In this document: positions 44,840-58,000 of the stretch, in pieces
Numbering within the stretch: the stretch's first letter is position 1
Layout of the letters: each line of letters begins with the position of its first letter
Origin: Leptogorgia sarmentosa
Taxonomy: Eukaryota
DNA: 64,000 nt
NCBI GenBank assembly: GCA_964658305.1
Contig: OZ210886.1
Span: forward strand, 372,001-436,000
Direction of reading: 5' to 3'
Program-made: the position numbers and the translations under genes
The notes under the pieces: generated by a model
Databases searched by the model: none
The model's input: only the letters and a program-made list of their open reading frames with translations
What the model was told of the DNA's origin: nothing

Positions 44840-47800
44840 ATGAGCGACAATGATAAACCATTTGCTTGTAAAGTTCCGGGATGCGGTCAGGTATGTCTAG
44901 AACTCGAAACTTTTTATCAAAACATGGCATGCTTTGTAAAGATGAGGTCATTTTGTAGCGTGAAAAACTGACGTCAGTCTAATACTAAACTCTTATGTAA
45001 TGTCGATTGAATTTCTTGGTTTCTTCCATAGACATTCACAAACAATGATCGTCTTACGATACATCGCCAAACTCATTCTTTGAGAGTGAAAATTGGCAAG
45101 AATGGCGAAGAGAGTATACCGGGTAAGATGACGTGACTATAAAATATATTTGCTATTTTGTCCTAATATTTGTTCGAATGTAGTTTTTCGAATTTACAAG
45201 ATATATTTTAAATGTTTGGACTGCCATTGAATTCATGTCCATGCAATGAGAGCAGTGTTAAAACGTGTTGAAACATGTAGTATTCTGTTTTAGTATAAAA
45301 ACAGTATAATCATGAAATCATGCATAATATAGGCTATATAAATGTGAATAAATACTCAAACTTTGATCAGGATTTTGAACATCTATGTATCTGTAGTCTA
45401 AAATCCCATCAAAACAAACAAATTTGTTCTGTAATAGTCTTAACCTAACTGGTTGCTAGATTTTTCTGACATTCAATCCATTTGTTAGTTATTTTATTAG
45501 TTGGACCATATATAATGCACACAGTACCAGTACATTATTTTGGATACAGCTATCAACTAATCCTATTTTGTTTTTCCTCTGTCTAATACCAGAACGTTTG
45601 ACTCATCAGGTGAAGGTTAATCAATCGAATGTCAAGAGTGTATTTGTCCAAAGTACTCAGTCAACGCTTTGATCAAATTAGATCGCACAAAACAACTTTT
45701 CCCATTCCCTTCCTGCCATCACATATCATGTCATATCACATCAGTGAAACCTATGCCAACAAAAGAAAGAAGTCGATTTGCACATAAGCAATTTTGGCTA
45801 GTGTAAAATTGGCTCAACTCCTAATTATACAGTAAAGATGGGTTGTTCCATTAAAGATTGGCTACATCTTTTTTCCCCTTCATTGAGGAAATTTCTATAC
45901 TTCATAGACTGCTGTCAAAACATGCTTCAACTAAATACATGTTTTCATGGTTTTTGTCTGAGTTATATTTGGAATTCTTTTCCAGATCAAACACCAACCC
46001 CAACAAGGTTTTTGAGGAACTGTGATGAAGAAGGACTGTTTGATGAGATTGGAGAAAATGATCAAGACGATAATCCTTTTGATAAAGTATGCATTAATGC
46101 AAAGGGTCCCAAGCCTAAATCAGAGTTTGGAATTTAATACAAGATTCACACACTCAATGCGAGGAAAATAATGTGTGAAATAATTTTTGTTTTAGGATTT
46201 TAAATTGGCAACAAAGCAGTCACCTGAACTACAGGTATTAATTTTGATTACAATCATGAAGCCTATTGAACTATTATGTTGAAGGGAAATTTATTAAGCC
46301 TGCTAAGTACTCAGTATTTTCTAATAGACAGTAGGTACTCTTTGTTTCTATGTACTAAAATTGCATTATAGCCAAATCAAATCTTTATTTCTCATTTCAA
46401 AAATTGTCTCAGGAAAGTACGGTTGTCAACACACCTGTTCCTGTACTGCCAAGTAAGGGACCAGTGGGAGGCATTGACCAGACTGATGGCTGTGATGTTG
46501 TTCCTGCTCCTCCTGCTGTTCAAACAATTGAAATTGATGGACGCGATGCTGCAATTCCAAATGCCAATGACTTCTTACGTCAAACTGCACAAGCATCTGA
46601 GCGAATACAAGGTGTGTGCAGATGTTTGTCCTTTACAGTACCTAGGTATCCCTAAAGGGTATCTATACTGTACCTACATAAGTCATTTGCACATTCACCT
46701 CCAAATGGTTGCACAACTGATAACTTTCCTACTGCAGAGATTACCACAGTCTATTTATGTTGCAAGAAAGTTCTACTTTGTGAAAATTGATATACTGTAC
46801 GTGTACTGTACGTGTATGCAGTTGCGACATTTTTTGTGACAAACATGCACACCCTCGCAAATATCTCCAACTTTCCATATATGTTTCCTGGAACTGTAAA
46901 TTTCGCAGATTTGCTCAGTTTGAAAGTACAGTATACATCTTTTAACTTGCTTAAATCAGGCTGATTTCCTCGCGTGTTTCCCCAGACAGATCAACTGTTT
47001 GTATACTATAAATTGAACTAATTTGAAATATTTTTTAGTTCCAAAGGTCACAGTGAAATCTCCCACGGTCTCAGTTCTGGTTGCAAGACATATGAATGGT
47101 CGTAAACCAGTCCCAGCATTCATTGCTCACCCCAGTAATAACGTACCAAAGGCTACTCCCGCGCTGACGATAATGACCAACACAGCAAATATGCAATCGA
47201 TCCCGACACGAGCTATTGTTGTCACCCCGACTGGAACTGGCAAATCTGCTGGATCCTTTGTTAAAAGTGCGAAACAGGTAAACGTACGTGGGCTGATAAT
47301 GGATTAAGATTAAAGCAATAAGATTTCATGTTGTGGATCTCGTCAAGATATTTTTTTAAAAGGATTGTCCTATTGGAACAGTTACACCATTTGCTCTCTA
47401 TTTCTTAGATATTGAAAGAAAGCATCCGTATTCATCAGTCTCAAGGCAAAGATGTGAAAACCAACCTGGGCAATATTATAACTCAGGCTATGGATGAAGC
47501 TGTTTCTGCTGTAAAAAGACCTTCATTGTCCTCCACTGGTTCTTTTTCTGATAACGAGGATGGGTCCAAAGACAAAGATGCAAAGCCAATGTAAGGACAT
47601 CCAGCTCACCACTTCATAGAATATTACTTTGATTTGGAAAAACACGACTGCGACGGAATGCTGCGAGTTTCTTCTACAGCAGTACTTTACAAATTAAATC
47701 GCATTGCAGCATTTCAGTAACATGTACAAATTTGTAAGAAATATGAAGACGATCTGTATCAAAGTTGATTCATACTCGCTTGTATTTTCACCAGTGCTTA

Positions 47801-48469
47801 AAACTTTTCTGTTTCAAATTCCTGTTTCAGAAAACGAAGTCGTCGATCGCAAGAAGATCTTTCCCCAGATGAAAAACGCGAAAAATTCTTGGAAAGAAAT
47901 AGGTTATTGTTGTGTATTCTAGCTGTCATGTGTCATAAATTGGGGTTAACAAACTAGCGAGCGTAATAACCCTTTAGCTTAACTATACCTAAACTGGTTA
48001 CATAATGAAGTTGCATGTATAGAATTTACGCTAATTATTAATATCAACGTTTTCAGAGCGGCGGCAACTCGCTGTAGAGAAAAACGAAAAATGTGGATTC
48101 AAGCATTGGAAAAGAAAGCGGAGGAAATGTCTGACGTAAACGGCCAATTACAGGTGAGTGGTGATCTCCTTGTGGTCGATGTTCATGCATAAATCTCTTT
48201 ATTCATGTTGTTTTCTAAATTTCTTTCAGAACGAGATCTCTTTCCTTAAACACGAAGTAGCACAACTAAAAGCTCTTCTCCTGGCTCACCGGGATTGTCC
48301 ACTATCAATCTCCCAACAAAAAACTAACCCAGGATTATTTGACCAACTGGAAGCTGGCAATCCTCTAGTTATAGATATGACAGGTAGTGACCAACAAACC
48401 ACTGAAGCTGCGGCCTCGGCTCTCACACAAATGGCAGAACGAGCAACAATGGAGTCGTGTAATATATGA
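44840..48469 (+). CDS. ATF2: ATF2/ATF7/CREB5-family bZIP transcription factor
   Basis: N-terminal C2H2 finger DKPFACKVPGCGQTFTNNDRLTIHRQTH, MAPK phosphosite motif DQTPTPTRFL, basic region KREKFLERNRAAATRCREKRK, and a leucine zipper ending LLLAHRDCP. Likely co-orthologous to ATF2/ATF7/CREB5. Confidence 0.9.
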
Positions 48470-49040
48470 CTGTATACTGTAGATAGCAAATTATATTTAA
48501 TCTATACAAAGTGCATGTCGGCTGGTCACCGTGCGAGGTTTGAAAATTAACAGGTAGCATTTCTGGATGTTTATGGTGTCATACGTCAGCAGTAAAACGT
48601 GGATATGAAATGAAGTAACTTCAATTTGGAGCCACAAACCAAGGGTATCTTAAGTTGTCACAATGCCAAAGCATATAGTAAACACAGAAAAATACGGGGC
48701 TAGTCATCTATTAAGCTGATTTGGCCACTTTAACGACTTTGAATAAGCGACAACTACCATTCCTCGCACGTTCATAGTTCATCGTCTAAGGTTTTGGAAG
48801 GACAACCTTTTTTCTCGAAGTATTAAATTAAATAAACAAAGTGTTTTGTGTTGGGATGAATTACTTTTGGATTTAAATATGATATTACTGTTTTGTTCAA
48901 TTCCTTTCATAATATATATTTATACAACATTTCACGTATAAAAATACTGGCGTCCAGTGTTTTAATGAACCAAACTAATATTAATTTTATTTAAATTAAA
49001 ACATGCTTTTTAGCTGCTGTAGTCTATTCTTTTATAATAT

Positions 49041-52000
49041 TTATATAGAGTTCACTTCGCCCATAATATTTACGATCCTGTTGTCATATTTCTTGGAAAT
49101 TTCTTCAGATATCTAAAATTGTATACTCCAGAATTACATATCAAATATCAAACAATGCGATTGACGCCGTGTCTCAAATTGTAAGGCGTGCTCCCGCCCT
49201 CTCCGAGTCACCCACTCCCTTACTCGGCGTATACATACCTGTTTTTGAAGCTGTTTAGTTTTCGTCACAATGATATCAACTTTCGGTTCCAGTTCACTTT
49301 GAAGAGCCGCGGCTTCCTGTCTTCGTTCTGCGACAGCTTTGCACGAAGCTTGCATTTTCTCGGACAATTTCAATTTATGTTGGAGAGATTCCGTCAACCG
49401 GTCAACGTACCTGCAGAATATTCGTAAGTTGAGTCATCGTTAATGAAACACCTGGCTTGAAGAAGAATGAAGATGAAAGCATAACACAACTCATTATCAC
49501 AGTAGAGAATGAGGTAAGCCATCTCATTCTCTGTAAGCCATTTCATTTTGCACTTACATGGTTGCCTACTATTTTAAGTACTATTTTATCAATCAATCTC
49601 TCGCAGCATTCCAAAACTCTGCACATACAAGTCATACATTTAAAACATACACATAAAAGTGTACATATTTTTATCATATAATTTGCTCATAGTTAAATGA
49701 CCTAAACGATATGCAGTATCAGTATATTACCTTGGAGAGGCTTTTATTAAAAATAGGTTTTGTATTTTCACAGATGTTAAAATACTAATGATGTCATCCA
49801 CTTGGTCCTTCATTGTTTGAACACTTTCACGAGACTGTTTTTGCAGGATATCTCGAGAAGAATGGAACTAAAAGAAATATCGACCAATACTTAATATTTA
49901 GCATGATAATTCCACTCTCGGTGCTATAGGGCTTAGCGCTGTCGCAAATTAGTTGTGCAAATGACGATGCAATTTCATTCTTTGAACAAACCAATCCTTT
50001 ACCTGATTAGATGATAAAATATTTGTATCGTCTTCCATTTCTTTTAACCTTTGTTCAAGGAACGCTTGCAGCTGAAAACAATTCAAATCATCTTCATTAA
50101 CGTATAGCTAATATTATCTAATTGAGTACGAGCAAGAAATAGAAAATAACTGAGACGGATGCAAACAGATTTGTATGCACTCTTATGTATAAACTCGCCA
50201 GCGAAAAATGCTACACACCTCTAAAATTTCATTGATATAGTTATTTCTGGTTTGTGTGTAATCCAGCATAGTAAAAGCATCGCTTCCCTGAGCTATGCCA
50301 TCGTCACCAGAATCTAGAAAAGCAAAGACATAAAATACATAAATACCACTTTCATCAGAGCGTTAGTTCACTATCAACCACAACAGAAAAGTGACAGAGC
50401 CACTACTGCATGGCATCCAATATGGGAAGATTTGCCGAGCAAATGTTATTTCTGATAAAACTATTGTTATTGTACAATAAGAAAGTTTCTCTATATATAC
50501 TTTACCTTCCTCGATTTTTACTTCACTTGAAATATCGCCATCTCCAAAATCTATCGTTTGTTCATCGCCGTAATCAACATTATCACCGAAATCGATATTT
50601 TCACCATAATCAACACTAGCTTCGATATTTTCACCAAAATCGATGTTATCACCGAAATCGATACCATCAATTCCACCTAAAAACGGTAAATTTTGGCGAG
50701 TTAACATCTAACTGAAACACTTCTCACCTACTTTTTCTAGATAGGACAATGCCATATAAATATAGAGAGAAATCCTACACGAGTACAAAGTAGAGTAAGT
50801 GTATTAATAAATTTAGAATTATTAAAATATCAACGCGGGACCTTCATCTTTAGACGTTTCAGCTGAAATATCCCAATTTATCTGCAACAAAATAAATGAC
50901 ACAGTTTGTGATTTTCTAGAAAAATGTCTTTCGGAAACAAGCCTGTAGCTAATTACGACGTCATTAGCTTGCTCACAAACAAACGAGCGCCCGACATTAA
51001 TTGCGAAAACTCCTTCGGTTGGAGCAGGTTAATACCTTAGTCAGAACATTGAAATGAAATTGAACATGGCCCACCTCTGACGAATCTCCATTCCCTGTGC
51101 TCTCATTGGCCTCATTCTCCTGGTCTGGATTTATGATGAGCTAATTGAAAGGATAAAGTCCTTGACACATAGACATGGATATTCCTAAATTTTTTGCCTA
51201 GTATCAACAGTTAAAATGACTAAACGCCATTGATAAGTTCACGAGAATAAAACGGTATAAATATTAATTAAGCCAATTACCGTTGGAATATTTCCAGTTC
51301 TCCATTGATAAACAGATGTGTTTCCATACTCCATAATATGACATATTACTGGACACAGGTCTGTAGTTTGCCGTTCAGTTTCATCCTTTCTAGAATATGC
51401 TTGCATTTTCATCAAAATACACCTATACCTTTTCATCCCATAACCCACAAGGGACGCAGCTAGAGGGTTGGGGGGTATACTCAAATATTCTTGTAAAACA
51501 CCGCAATTGTAGCCTACATACATGCAATAGGGGGGCAAAAATAAGCTTACCGAGGAGAAATAAAATCCACAAAAGCAGCATAATAAAGTAAAATATCTGT
51601 CAATCTTGCTGTTTTGCCACACACATCATCAAAAATCTTTGGTAAATCTTTCAACAGCAACAAAAGTTCTTGCCTTATGTCAGTGCCCTGAAAATAGAAT
51701 AAAATCAAGAGCTGGTTGTTGGAAAAGCACTAAAAGAATTTTTCCCATAAAAACGTGCTGCAGGGATACGAAGAGGGTTGAATTAATCTGACCACAACAC
51801 ATCATTTTCTTTCGCCTCCGGGATGAATGACTGTAAGCCTGGGTTAGGATATAGACCAGCCTTGTTGAATGGTGTTTTAGCTTTGACGAATGAAGCCATC
51901 TCTGATTATTGTGGTGAACCCAGAATATTATTTTCATAAGATGGTAGATTGTGTGTTCTCTGGTGCAAAATTTGTTTTGCAAGCAGTTTAACGTAGTTTG

Positions 52001-53935
52001 AAAAAGCATTAAAGTATAACAAGAAATGGGGCTGCAGCTGTGTATGCGCTGTAGTAATGATAAAAATAACATTAGGATTCGCGCGTTTGACAAAAAACTC
52101 ACTTTAATTCCCATTTGTTTGCAAGTGTGATGATATTTGTCTTTAAAATTGTTTGCATTTAATGCATATTCACTTTCTTTTCTGGTGCAATCCTAAAACA
52201 GATGATTTCTAAATTAATGAAAATTTAAATCCACAATCAATTATATCCGACTCGATGCAATTGCAAATGATATTTTAACACAATTGTAAGTTATATATTC
52301 TTCTTTTAGAATGTCCTTACTTCCCAGTGATAAAATGACAATTTTTACCACTTGTGGCTTACCCTTTGCGTCTGTTGACTTTTGGCAATTTGTCGTTTGA
52401 GTGAAGGAATTTCATAATTTACATTTCTAATCAGCATATGGCTCGCTTCAGCTAAAACCAATAATTAAATCTATCAACTGTTTGCTGATATGGTTAGTTC
52501 TTATAAGGAAAATGCAAGTAATTGAATAGAATGAATATAAATAAAGACGAACTCTATCCAATGTACAGATAGTACATGATTTATTATCGCCGGACCTTTT
52601 CAATCAGACTAGACATTACGATACTGAGATTTCTGTGAGGTGAAAGTGGATGATCACCTCGTAGCAATCGAGAGTGAACTTGTAATCTAATTGTTTTAGT
52701 ATAATCAGTGATCAAACACAAAATATTCCACAAAATTAAGTCTGCTACGTACCTAAGCTCACATTCTCTGTTTCATAAAGTTGTAATATCTCTAACCAAT
52801 CCTGAAATATAAAACAAAATTAAACTTTGGAGTACTGTTGTTGTTTGCAATATTGTAAAACTGTTAACACTACCTAACACCTACCTGATGATTTTGATTA
52901 TCTTAATTACCCTCAAAAAACTATGGAAATGTATTGATTGAATAAAACATACCTTCATTCTTTTAGATGAATATCTTCCAAAAATATTTCTTGTAGCAGA
53001 TTCAGATATTTTTAATAATTCCACAATTCTTACACAATGGAAATAATTGATGTCTAGAGATATGAAATTTATCTAAGAATACTTTATAGTAACATTTTGT
53101 TACAGCTTATTGTGGTATCATAATTACTAGCAGGGGCCACTTGTATTAAGCTAAACATCTTTGACACAACCGCCCCATCATGCCACTGTTGGTTAACTTC
53201 CACATTTAACAGTAGAAACATTTTTATAAACCATTCACACTTTTTAACATCATCCTATTTATTATCAAGAAATACATACAGCTGCCAGAAAGAAGTTGCA
53301 TGATTTCATCAACTGCTGGCATATCTTGAATAGCTTCATTAATCTTTTCTCTTATTACAAGAGCAGAATCCTGCCATTTGGACTGACAATGTCGACGGTC
53401 AATCAACCATTCTTAAATTAGAATTCATAAACTGTATTATAGAATGATATAGGACATGAATCTGTGCAGTGTGCATACATCATGCGGGGTGGTCTGTCTA
53501 GGGCAAACTGAGTGACACACTTGTTGCCCTAGGAATAACTTCCTGTTGGTGGTCATATTGCATACCACAGTGGGGAGATGCCTTGACATCTTCCCCAGTT
53601 CTCCTGGCAGTGGGCGCCTGGTTCTTGATCACAGATTAATGACAAAAAGCTTATGCTTCACTGTACCATGACGGATCAGTCACTGATAGTATATGATTCA
53701 TTTTGTCACATAAAAGTAGATCCAATGCCAATATTTATCAAAACACTAAAATACTTACCGAGAAGTTTATTGTAGTAAATATCGATTGGCAAACTTTGTT
53801 GTTGTTCACTCACTCCATCCTATACATGAGCAAAATATTTCATGAGGTTTAAACGAAGCATCGAGATCATATAGCACCGAGTAAATTCGTTTATAAAATA
53901 CGAGATCAAAGCCCTAAAATACCTCATACCTGCAT
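49041..53935 (-). CDS. CDK5RAP3: CDK5 regulatory subunit-associated protein 3 (C53/LZAP), multi-exon
   Basis: LPIDIYYNKLLEWLIDRRHC, YINYFHC, KNIFGRYSS, RNVNYEIPSLKRQ, GNTSVYQWRTG, and C-terminal ISKKYDNRIVNIMG. Confidence 0.94.
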
Positions 53936-54187
53936 TTTCGAACGTCTTTCTTTCAGGAATAAAAATCAAAATAAACACTTTCTAAAAGTTTTAGGTACAC
54001 GTTTCTTTGTTTCTGAACACGACAGTACATAAACAAAACAATCAGCGGTTATAGCGATGAGAATACTTTGTTTTGTATTGAATAAAATTAAACCAATCAA
54101 ATACGACGCCCTGAGTTGGCGGAGTAGGTCTCCCAGATCTGTGTAGATGAGGAATTAAATTGTTTGACATGTTTGTAATAGTAGCGA

Positions 54188-54337
54188 GGTTCAGATTTGA
54201 CTTCCACTACCGCTACCATTAAAAGAACATGAACCAATTGAATGCGTTAAATCTATCCGGTTGACCAATCACACGCGGCGTGTGATTGGTCAACCGGCAG
54301 TAGGTCAGTGAATGGTAGCGGTAGTCACATCTGAACC
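54188..54337. mobile_element. Nested inverted-repeat element (MITE-like) upstream of CDK5RAP3
   Basis: Perfect 20-bp arms at 54257-54297 (ccggttgaccaatcacacgc g gcgtgtgattggtcaaccgg). Outer arms are ggttcagat..actaccgctaccatt and aatggtagcggtagt..atctgaacc. Confidence 0.7.
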
Positions 54338-54561
54338 ACCCTACTGTTGTCCAATCTACTTTTAAAAGCCAACTGGCCCAACTTGATACTGCCAACCTTT
54401 TTTCTGACTCACTGTACATTGGATATTTCTCATATATAAGTTATTCAAGATGTTTTAGCAACAATAATGTCCTAGATTAACCTGTCGCGTTTTATGGTTG
54501 GTCTCTATTTTTATTGAGTCTCTATTTATTGTTGGTCTCTATAATCTAAAATTCGTATTAT

Positions 54562-54682
54562 AATCCCAACCAAAATCTTTAATCAAAACTCTTAACCTAA
54601 TCGTGACCACAATCTTAACCTTAATTCCAAGCTTGAACCAAGTCCTACTCTAATCCTAACGCTAATCCCAGTTCTAATCTAA
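54562..54682. repeat. Degenerate (CCTAAY)n-like simple repeat
   Basis: Hexamer-periodic taatcc/taacct variants. Confidence 0.6.
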
Positions 54683-55045
54683 AAATAGTAACAGTCCCTC
54701 AAACTGTTCTTTTCCAATGCTACATATGATGTTGTCGTGTTTCCGATATCCTTTGTAAAGCTTTGTACAAAAATGCAAGTTGAATGATTATGGATTTCAA
54801 AATGCAGCGATGATGCAAGATAAACATTTTACTCATGCTGTTGCTTTGCCTGTTTGCCACCTGTAAGCTTGAGTCATTTGAAGACGCTATTATCGTGACT
54901 ATACAACTCGAATAACCAATCAAATAACAGGACAAATTGCGCTCTCATTTTCTGCTTTTGGGCATAAAGTACACTCCGCTAAATGACCGTTATCTATAAT
55001 TGACCTATGGCTATGAACCAATAATTACGATCCAAGTAAAAAAAG

Positions 55046-58000
55046 ATGGGGAAGTATGTCAATTTCTGCACAAAATCGAGCATCATCGCTGGAATATTGT
55101 CAGCATTCTTCATCACTGTAAATACAGGTACGAATTAGTAATTCATGCATATACACTTTGACTTGAAAAATTCTCATTTCACTATCATCATTTAAGCATT
55201 GTACACAAGACGAGCGCATTTCAATTTCTTCCTTGTATATCCCGCGTAAGTTAGAACTAGGCTTTGAATCTCAAAATCTTGCAAAATTTTCAATCGGTTG
55301 TGAATATACTAGACACGTCATATCCATCGTCCACGCAACGTTATTCTTTGTTTCATTTTGACTCTATTCCATTTTTTAAAGTTTATAGCTATTATATCCG
55401 ATTCTTAAGTACACTATATAAATTTAACCAATTTCAAGTTTCAGGGAGCTCTGTGCCGTATGAGTATAATGAAATTCAGTCAAAAATAAACGCAGATGTG
55501 AATAGCGCGGCCACACTTACAGAGATAACGAGATTTTTTAAACCTGAAAATCTAATCCAAACTGAAGAAACATGGGTGATATCAGGTGCAGGCAACAAAA
55601 ACGGCAAATGTTTTAAAAATATGAACTACAGTGCAGTCACTGTTTCCCGAGGTAGGTGGTTAATTCATTACCTAATTTGTATTCTTGTCTACCAAGACCA
55701 CGAATTGAGTGCATGTTAATTTTTGTCACGATTCTTACTTCCACAAACAGACAAAAAAACCTCACTAAGAATTTATAAGATTTGCCTTAAAAACCTTTTT
55801 TTAACAACTGTACAAAATACTTAAATACCGTCCGCGTGTCTATGGGATAACTTTTCACCGCATTTTCTATATTTTGCATGTAATGATATGCACGCAATAT
55901 GTTTCGTTTACTTAGCCGCAGTATTTGATTAGTTTTTGAGAAAAAAAAACACCGCGTAAGGATAATGAAGGGCCGTTAAACAATGCGAGAAGGACATTAG
56001 CGGCAATTAGTCAAAGAAGTTTTCAAAAAAGTAGTATAAGCTATATCATGACAAACACGCAGATAACAATTTTATTTTGCATGTCTTAAAAGCCGCAGAC
56101 CAATATAAATCTCTTGCTTTTCGTCTACACAAATAATCATCAATGCTTTTATAAATTAAACATGTCAATATTCAGTATAAATGAAATTTACATATAATTA
56201 TACAGGCCAGTGTACAAAAACAAACGCAACTGAATATTGAAAATGGTCTATTGTCATAATTTCAATGGCCTAACACTATAAGCTGAATCAGTGAATGTGC
56301 GCTTTACAAAGATATTTTCATTTGTGAAATATGAATAAGACAATACTTAATATATGCACCTGTCAATATTTTGCATTCTTTACACTCAGCTTATAGTGTT
56401 AGGCTGTTGAAATTATGACAATGGATCATCAGAAAATACATTAAAATTGAAAACTCAAAATTCGAAAGACAGACTTTACCAACAAGGATCATTAGATTGA
56501 AAATATGATAGACTTAAATACTGGACCTAAACGTACGTTATAGCAAGCTACTACAATTAAGAACCAGAGGATGGCATGGTGGACGAGATATCATGTATGC
56601 ATGGTCTTGTATCCAGATTTAATTCCTTGTTCTTCAGTTTGCGCCATCAGTTAAAAGTCTTACAAAAGTTGAACATTTTCAACAACTAGCGAGGCGAAAC
56701 AATTTCTTCGGGAGCGAATGAATGTAAAAATTTGATTTCCGAAATAATGGAGTGGACGGGCTTAAGTGGTAATACTGTAAATCTTCAGTTATATCTCATT
56801 ACTCTGTTTTCAAGGTGGTGTGATGTATCTTAGTGTGACCATCACCGAAAAGAATTTGTTCACTTCACAACTTGAAAATTCATCCTCTCTACAATATCAA
56901 CAACTATCACATGCTGTAGAGCATAAAGTAAGCTTACTATAAATAGTAATGTCATTATAAAAAAAATTCAACAATATGTCAAACTCTCTATTATATACAT
57001 TATTTTATACACTATTATTATTTATACATGTATTAATGTTTTTCCTGAACATCTGTCATTAAAATACTTTATCTTATTGACTTCAGATTAATTCATTTTT
57101 CAAAAATGAATTTTCATTATCCTCGCTCGTTTATGCGAAAGTGCTACAGTTCAGGTACGATTTACGATTCATTTATTTTGTCACTCAATCTATAGCTACG
57201 TACGTGCTCTGTTGCACTTTTAATTTAATACTCTTTCGGGGACGCTATGTTAAGAGACAATACTTTGATACTTTGACATTGAAAATCTTTATAAACAGGA
57301 AGGGGAGTATTATTGCTGACCTCAAACTAGAGTTTGATGACAAAGCACGTGAAGTAAAAAGAATACGAAAGAAACGAAACGGTAAGTCTTCCTGGTAAGG
57401 TATGCATACGAAAATGTTGTTATTACACGTCAAACGAAACCGTTATATTATTTCTAATGCAATTTATTTTATTTTTAGCTGGTAGTGACTCTGCAGCTCC
57501 AAGTAGTACATTTATAGTCCCATCTCCAAGTTATAATATAACAGCTGAAACTTCAACTGGAATTTTAACAACAGGCGTAATTAACAACAACCGAGGTTCC
57601 ACAACACAAGTGATAACAACCAACGGGATGAGTATTTTACATAGTACTTCATTATTTCCACATTCTACGAGAACAACGGATTACACGGCGAATTATAGAA
57701 GCCTTTCGACCACTGGTCTCTCTTCACGAATGAGAAGCTCAAATGTGAATCTTGAATCACCGATCACAATTTCTGCGTCAAATTCAGTGGTCGTATTAAG
57801 CACAAAACATTCTGATGAAATATCCACTCCTTCATCTTACATGGAACCAACGATTCAGACGACAAATGAAACCAAGATAAATCTAAGCTCATCCTCGTCG
57901 ACTCCACAGTCTATCAGTTCAATGTTTACCCAGAGTCATAGTCCAAGTGTAACTGAAATTAATGAGAGTTTGAAATCATCCACCATATTTTCCACGTCCG

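Noticed and set aside
51680..52114. 144-aa minus-strand ORF
   Set aside because: Mostly CDK5RAP3 intron read through from an exon end (MGIK|gtgagt).
53488..53540. U17/snR30 snoRNA identity (TTATTCCTA resembles motif m1)
   Set aside because: The m2 match is poor (AGACCAC versus AAACCAU), and no basal stem followed by an ACA box fits.
54746..54755. U12-type AT-AC donor-like ATATCCTTTG
   Set aside because: Not at a recognisable exon boundary, and no matching branch site or acceptor was identified.
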